From the NCBI GenBank assembly GCA_002104905.1, contig MCFE01000241.1:1-64000 (forward strand): a stretch of DNA of 64,000 nt, read 5' to 3'. Position numbers and translations under genes: made by a program. Numbering within the stretch: the first letter of the stretch is position 1; each line of letters opens with the position of its first letter. Below, in pieces: positions 56,800-64,000 of this stretch. The stretch is from Basidiobolus meristosporus CBS 931.73 (lineage: Eukaryota; Fungi; Basidiobolomycota). The notes beneath the pieces were generated by a model that did no database searches, was not told the DNA's origin, and saw nothing but the letters and a program-made list of their open reading frames with translations.

Positions 56800-59700
56800 A
56801 TTAATAAGGTTGTAGCCCCCCATCACACCTAGATGCAGCAAAATTACTCATTTTGATTGACTTACTTCCATGTATATGTTGCAAAAAATAAAGCCAAGTT
56901 TTCAGATTCCCTGCTAAACACCAGCACAAACAACAGCAGAAAATTGGTAGGAGAGCTGCTTGCTCCAATATCCAATGCAACAAGCAGGGCTACATCCAAA
57001 AAAGCCATGTTGACAGTGTGCTCATTGACAGTACTAATGCAAACTCCTCCGGTTCTCATTCAAGTATGTAATTAAGAGCCTTAGCAGAGCCACAAGCTCA
57101 CCACAATGCTTAGGCAGTTGAGAATGTAGCAAGCATAGTACTTCTAACTCTATGAAAATAATAAATGTGATGATCCAGTCAATAGGTCATGACATATTTA
57201 AAGTCCCTTGACTAAGAAGTATTGTTCCCATTGGGACACTGTATAAAGACCATCAAAAAATAACTGCACCCCAGATCTCATAAAAAACTTGGTCAGAGTT
57301 TTTTATCACAACAGCAACGGTGCTGTTAGGTTGGTTTTCTGCAAATTTTCACACTTTGTGATCCCAGACACTCTATCAACTCCATTGTTTGCATGCATTG
57401 ATTGGCTATTGCAACTTTCCAGGTGTAAACACTACAGTCCCTCCCACCCATGTTGTGATTGGCTTTTCCATGGGCTCTTTCTTTAGGCACTGCTGCTGTG
57501 ACTTAAAGACAGTATGGTGTTCCTGTGCTCTCTACCACAAATATTGGTTGCACTACATATGTTATCCACTCATCTTCACTTTGGACTGATGCATGATTTC
57601 TCTGGGTCATTGCATCAATCCTATTGGCTGCTGCACCCAGTTGCCTCATATATGCTTTTGGTATGAGCTACCAATGTAGTTGCAAATACCGGTAGGAGTG
57701 ATCTTATGATGGTCTTTGCTGGTCTTCCTAGGACCCTGTGAGAGTAATTTGGTCCTGCAGGTGTATTCAATCTAGATCAGCCATCAAGATTCTGTCAGGA
57801 GACCACTATATACCAACAGCTTGGAGTTTATGACCATCTACACAATCTTATGAGGGGATCATAATGGCATTTGGCTATCTTTACTGCCAAATAATGTTAA
57901 AAACAATAGAGCATTAGTACAGGGTTTTGCCAAGTGTGGCATGGCATTGTTGTGGTCTTAGTGCACTCAACAACTATTTGAGTGGATCTAATTGGCAGGT
58001 ACATCCAATTGCCAAATATGGCAAGACACCTGATGGCATTTGAAAACCTTGTTGCAGGTATCTGATGGTATTAGAATGGCAGTATAGTGGCCTACAGCTA
58101 GTTCTGTACAATGCTGCTGTACCAATTAACCAAGTGGTATTTCCTTTTTCTACCTCCCCTTGCGCAATTTGTATGTTTCACTGCAAAATCACCCCTCTAT
58201 ATCTACTTATCAACTCCTACCTTGGGTACTTCACATCTAGCTCCAATCAAAAAATACTTTAGCCACCTGCTTACTAATCTTTACAAACACACACTTGTGG
58301 CATTTAACATACTTCTATCACCTCATCTTTACAGCTTTTTAGTGTGATACTTGCAAGGATGCCATATACCTTGTATTGCTGATAACATATATCTTGCAAA
58401 CATATACTTGGTTGCCACCACTTATGCCATGAATACCTCCTGAATATCCACAAAGAGCTTTGGTAAGTGTCTTCATGTGCACATCTATACTCAGTATTTT
58501 CCAACTCTTCAGGGCTATCTGCCATGTGCCAATGCATCACATGAGATTTGGATATGGTAGTACCAGCAACTTGACTTATCTTCATATCACCCCTTGCATC
58601 TGCTCCATAGGAAACTTCCAAAAGGTCAAGCAAGGCCCAATATTCTCAACACACCAAGCAGGATGGAGTAGCAAATGGATACAGTAGTGGCAGAGATCTA
58701 TGAGTTTGGCCCCACCTCATACTCTTTGTACAAAAGCTGTGGATTTGTCAAGTTGCCACTGGTGATCCACTTCTGGATACATATTGCTACAATTTTTGCA
58801 TATGACTCCCAATGCTTCTGATGTACTCTTGGTAGAAAATAGCAAGCAGCATATGACCCAGATCTTATACCATTACCTGCATGCATATGCATTTACATTT
58901 GATTTACATCAGGAATTGCCACCATTACATGGTGCCCATCTTGTCAGAAGTCCATCACTACATCAGGAAAGCATTATTAGCACTCTGAATATTTTGCATT
59001 AATGCCCCACTTCATGAAGCTCTTGCAGTCAGACAAATATTGCTAAGCAACAAAGTACTTCACTTAATTATATGCAAGCACCAACATTTTCAATATATTG
59101 CATGGCAACACTAAGCAATTAAGAGGTAAGTGCTACGTTGAGGGTGTGTATGACAATGCCTTTACTTTGACACTCGATAGATTTGCATTAAGCAAGTACT
59201 CTACCAGCAAGTCCTGCTGGCCACTGCCTCCAATCAGCCAAAGTTTGCCGTAAATCTGAGTGTAGACTCACCAATATCCAGGCTTAGCTCATTGTTGAGC
59301 CTGGAGAGCTACTGTTCATATTGGCATTGCTTGCTATACAGTTTGATACTTGAGATTAGCCATTTTGTCAAAGCACATAGTATCATTTGCACTGGAGTTA
59401 TCCAAGCCTATATCTAGATGGAATAGAGAATATTACTGTCCAATGTGTCAGATCCTGGGAATTCACCCCATTGCTCAAACCATATTTTTGATCTCACCAC
59501 CAAAACTACAAACATTGTGTCACCACAGATAGCATGTACCTACCATATGAAAATATATTATATTACTTAGTTCACTAGAATATGGCTCTACTTGATGAGC
59601 TGCTAACACTTGAGATTACTTTGGTAGTTATATTAGTATTCTCTGGGCTGTCATGGTGTTCAGCCTGCTCCAGACTTATGCCATTGATTGATAGGAACTG

Positions 59701-62700
59701 AAGCTTTTTCTTACTCCTCCTTGTCTCTGGCTTCAGTAGACTTTCTTCCCTCACCTTTGTCTTCATCACTGCTGGGTCTTTCACTGCCACTATGTCAAGG
59801 TGCCACTTTAATGAGATATGATTTCAACTTAATAAATGCTTTACTGGTGAATGCATTTTTTCTGGATTACTTCTTAATGGCACTTTTCCAGAAACCAGAT
59901 ATTTCTTTGCTGCATTTTTTGAGATATCAGTCCAAGCAGTGATGGACTTCTGAGAAAGCCACTGTTCTTTTGACTGCCAGGTCCTTCTCAGCTAATTTGA
60001 CTAGGTGCCTTGTGAGTAGACCTACATGATTTTGTAGACAAGTATCTCACTGGTGCATCCTTGCCTGCCTGTTTGTCTCTTACCAACACTCTTTCTGGCT
60101 ATCAGACATATCTTTGCTGCTTTTGAACAGCTTATGGCCCTTCTTAATCAGGCTCATGGGGAAGCCACTGGTTTGAGCTATGGCACCCTAATTCAGCTGC
60201 TTTCAATAGGTTCTGTTACACTTGAAATATCTTCTTGGCATATCAATGCTGCCCACAAACTCATTTACTTGTTTCAATAGAGGATAATGGTCACAGGACA
60301 AGCTAATCACATTCTGCTTAGCCTTCAGCTCTATTGAGCCCATGGAATGTCAACATTGAGACGATGGTGTTCTAGACCTTTTTAATGCTGAAATTAAAGA
60401 CTATTTGGCATCATTCAGCAACTAAAAATATACTCAGTAGTTCTTGACTAGTATGCACACTGTAGGATTATTTCATAGCCATAACTTTGGTTCTTTCTTC
60501 AGAACTATGATTCCATGCTTATTCCCCAATGGTCAAGATCAAATAGCTCTTTAATCAAAAGTTATGTCAGACCCCCCCCCCCAACTGTTACAGAATGCTC
60601 CTGAATGCTGGGAAGCTCTCCTCAGTGTTACTGCTGTATTGCTTCTACAAAGGTATAAATACTGAGCTTCTCAATGAATAAGCAACAGTTCAACCATTAT
60701 CATTATTTCTTATTTCCTCATATCCAAAACACTTCTTAAATTGCAACACCTACATCCTATTCATACTAGCTCACTCCTCATAATTGCATTGACAGCTTTA
60801 TGGATCTTCAATGTATTTGGATATTTAAGCATTGTTACAAATATCAAAGTCTTGTTCTTCTATGCTGTGGTAGGCTTTTTGTGGGCATTATCATTTGGCA
60901 CTGTTATGCTTCAAGGACTTTTTGGTGAACTACTCCTCCCATACTGGGATGTGACTCAATTCTTAGCTGAGGCATTGAGCTACCTGGAATCCTTCTCAGC
61001 ATCATATATACTGCATTCTGTACTTGACATTTACAGTGATCTACATGTGTAACTTACTCAACCTATATCTTGACAAAATTGTGATCTCACAGGGCCATTG
61101 TATTCATCCAACTTGTCACTCTACATGCTTGCCCTATGAGTTCTTTGGCAAAAGCTGACAACATATTTGTTAATACTGTTAGTGATGATATTGTGGTGGT
61201 CATTGGCTGATCTTCTACTGGAGGTACTTTGTTTGCTGCACTCTCATCTGCCTGAGCATGATGGTCAGGTTGTTGCTGCAGAGGTTCTCAAGTGCCTACA
61301 TTCCTGACATCCAGAGGAATTTACAATATCATCTGTAGTGGGTACACTGCTAGTCCTTTTTTGGATGTAGTCCCACTTGTTGCACTGAATGTCAAAGCAA
61401 ACTGTTGTCCAACTTTTCTTCTGCTAATTTTGACAATGGAGCATGATTGCAAGCTAGATGAATTTCTTTTTTTAAGCAGTATATTTATAGAAGTGAGTTG
61501 GACCACAGGGGAAATAGTGTTACCTATACATGTGTATGTCTGCCATAACTTTATTCAAGACACTTACTCTGATAGGTCTTCTTTATATCTTACAGTGAGG
61601 TGTGTGCAATGTCTCCAATTCAATGCTGAACTAATTTTACATCAATATTATCAAAGAAGTCATATAGTAGCATCACACTGTATAGTGTCCAGCTGTTTTC
61701 CCATGGACAAGACTACATTAGCTTTAAGCTGTATGAGAACAGTAGAGAGACATTGTGGGTATTCTGACAAGCCTCCCAAGTGTCAAGCATTCAGGTAGCA
61801 TAGGAAGTGCTACAAGCATCATGGCCATTGTTCTGCCACACTGATCATAATGTGGCATTCATCAGGCAGTACTATATCAATATTTTATTGGATGCCACTT
61901 GTTACTTCTATTGCAGCAATCAGCTGCACTTGTTACATTGGACAAGCGCAGCCTGGTGAGTTTGGGATGCATGTTGGCTCACCTCAGCCTTCCAAACATA
62001 GTTTGCAGACTGATGACTATGACTAAGAAACCTCACTGCTGCATTGCAAGCATGTTGCACCACACAACAGTAGCATGCATGAGACTGGCAAATCCAAATG
62101 CTTTATCATATTACACAAGCTGAAAAGTGGCTGAGGATACTCAATGGAGTCAAGTAAGCCATGTAGTTGATTTACTTTTTAAAGATGTGATATTTTGGCA
62201 CAAGAAGTGGTGTGTTTTCACTAATATCACTAATGGGGGCTTTGGGACTTATTGCTACTTATTGCCAAAATATTGTAGAATGCAACTTACCATTTACATG
62301 GTACAAATGGACAACTATTGTGTGGCAGACAACTTATGACTAGACACTCTACTAAAACTAGCATCTGTAAATGGGCTCATGTCATTCAGATCAGAGAATG
62401 CCACCATTGCAAGGGGTCATATTACCACCTATAAGGAAGTCTAGCATACAACAGGGAGAAGTAATATGTTGATTAAGTTTCAGAAAGTCCTTTGTGTATA
62501 TTCAATTAATATGCATGGAATAGCGGTGGCAACCAAACAAATGTTGGCAAGAAGTGTTGGTTTCCAGAAATACAAGGTATATGCCAGCTTTCAAATAGTA
62601 TATTACATAGATACAGAGTTGAGGTAATAGAAGCGTCTCACTTAGAGCAGATGGGTGCATATCTAATTGTTGGTAATCAATAGGCTGTAGTTTTCCTGAT

Positions 62701-63050
62701 TTGAAATTCCTGTGGAATACCCATAGTAGTAGGTAAGCAAAATAAAGAGAGGTGATTCTTAAGTACAACATATCAGTGGCACAAGGGGAGTAAAATAAAA
62801 AGCACCATTTGGTAAATACATATGGCAGTATTATTTGTAACTAGCTGTAGGCTGCTGTACTGCCATAATAATGCCAACAGAGGTCTACAAGCAAGTAGTC
62901 AAAGCACTGTCAAGTATTTTGGCTTATAAGGCATGTGTGTTGATTGGTTGTGCAGGTCTGTTGCAGAAGACACACCACACAATGAGCTGAAGAAAATGTC
63001 ATAATATTTCTGCAAAATGGCTGTTAAAGTACTATCTTGTTTTTGGCTTT
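56800..63050. mobile_element. Shuffled CACTA remnants (transposase and accessory ORF fragments in both orientations)
   Basis: 57770-59560 is paralogous to 4020-6700; 59560-60330 and 61190-61500 match the accessory ORF; 61700-62420 matches the transposase N-terminus; 62500-63050 matches the transposase C-terminus. Confidence 0.65.
60586..60748 (+). mobile_element. Short solo LTR, family D (163 bp)
   Basis: TGTTACA...TTGCAACA with internal TATAAATA; flanks CCAAC/CCTAC. Confidence 0.6.
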
Positions 63051-63060
63051 ATTCATCAAC

Positions 63061-63427
63061 TGTTATAATCTGCTTCTTGAATGTTTAAGTTAGATCAGTT
63101 TGAGTCAAATCCATTGGTTTTATGTTTAGAATATCAGTTTATCAGTATTTTTGATCAAATTAGTGGCGTTAGTCAGCAGATGAATCTGCAGATTATTATC
63201 AGACAGAAATATATATATCAATTAAGATATAAAAGGGTGATGATATTTCAATAGCGTGAGGCAGCATCCACATGCTAGAGTAGATAACATAGTTAGTGAG
63301 CAGTTGAGCTGACAAAATGTAAATAAGGAGCTGCTGGAACTACAATATAGATCAGATCAGGTTTACTAAATATAATGCTAGCTAAGCTCCCTAGCTCACT
63401 ACAACACTTATATCAAGAATTGTAACA
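63061..63427 (+). mobile_element. Solo gypsy LTR related to 51435/55967
   Basis: 367 bp, TGTTATAATC...TGTAACA; flanks CAAC/CAAT. Confidence 0.75.
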
Positions 63428-63429
63428 CA

Positions 63430-64000
63430 ATCAAACTCCAACTGCTATAACAATCCTGTGAATTTCATGGTCACTTCCAAATATCATCACACATCTTATT
63501 AGGAATGGCTTGGTCCTCCAAGTTCTTGAATGATAAGCTTGGCAAATCTGATTCATGCGCCGGATTGAGTTGTGTAACTTGTTCCAGTCTTGATAAAGCA
63601 CTGACATCCATGTTATTTTTCCCAGGGTAGTAGACAATCCCTAGGTTGTTTGCCTCAATCAACACCAGGAAATGCAATTAGTCAGCACTTAACTTAGTAA
63701 AATTATTATAAGGAGCTGCCAGAACTGCACTAAAATCAGTTCACATTTCTGTGAATACAATACTACTTAATTTCCAACTCCTCCAACACTATTATATTCA
63801 GATTGTAACATAGAAAGCTGCAATTACCAGACACCTCCCCCCTCAAGCAAGAAGAAGCCTCCCTTTAGATGTTGGAGAATAAAAATTGGAGAATGCAATG
63901 CTGCCAATCCTGACCCAACAGCAAGAGCTACTCCCAGTTTTTAGCCAGCACCAAGAAGGAATAACCACAATGGCTCAGTACAAGCAAAGCCCTGTCAAGA
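63430..64000. mobile_element. Gypsy fragments: pol piece (-), then LTR end and start of internal region (+) running off the window
   Basis: HESDLPSL..LEDQAIP matches 54680-54740; 63700-64000 parallels 51700-51960. Confidence 0.6.

Overview
Eukaryotic, most likely fungal, DNA (short GT-AG introns with CTAAC/CTAAT branch points; fungal-type ABCC, CACTA and copia sequences; an early-diverging lineage is my inference). The window has two compartments. (1) About 1.6-13.85 kb and 30.6-64 kb are a CpG-depleted graveyard of nested, decayed transposons. They include CACTA/CMC-type elements with a transposase and a divergent accessory ORF, copia and gypsy LTR elements, at least four solo-LTR families, and a PIF/Harbinger-type (PHIS) family. 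That family appears as a transposase-bearing copy, two 211-bp MITEs and two ~0.72-kb foldback palindromes, all sharing AGACTTGTTC ends. (2) A CpG-normal gene island at about 13.86-30.6 kb. It holds eight copies or fragments of unannotated acidic, low-complexity proteins (three subfamilies, secreted where the 5' end survives), an intronless 390-aa orphan ORF whose C-terminus resembles two bacterial-type SH3b domains, and an intact 4-exon ABCC/MRP (Ycf1-like) transporter. No rRNA, tRNA or CRISPR array was seen. All similarity calls are by-eye motif recognition, not database searches.
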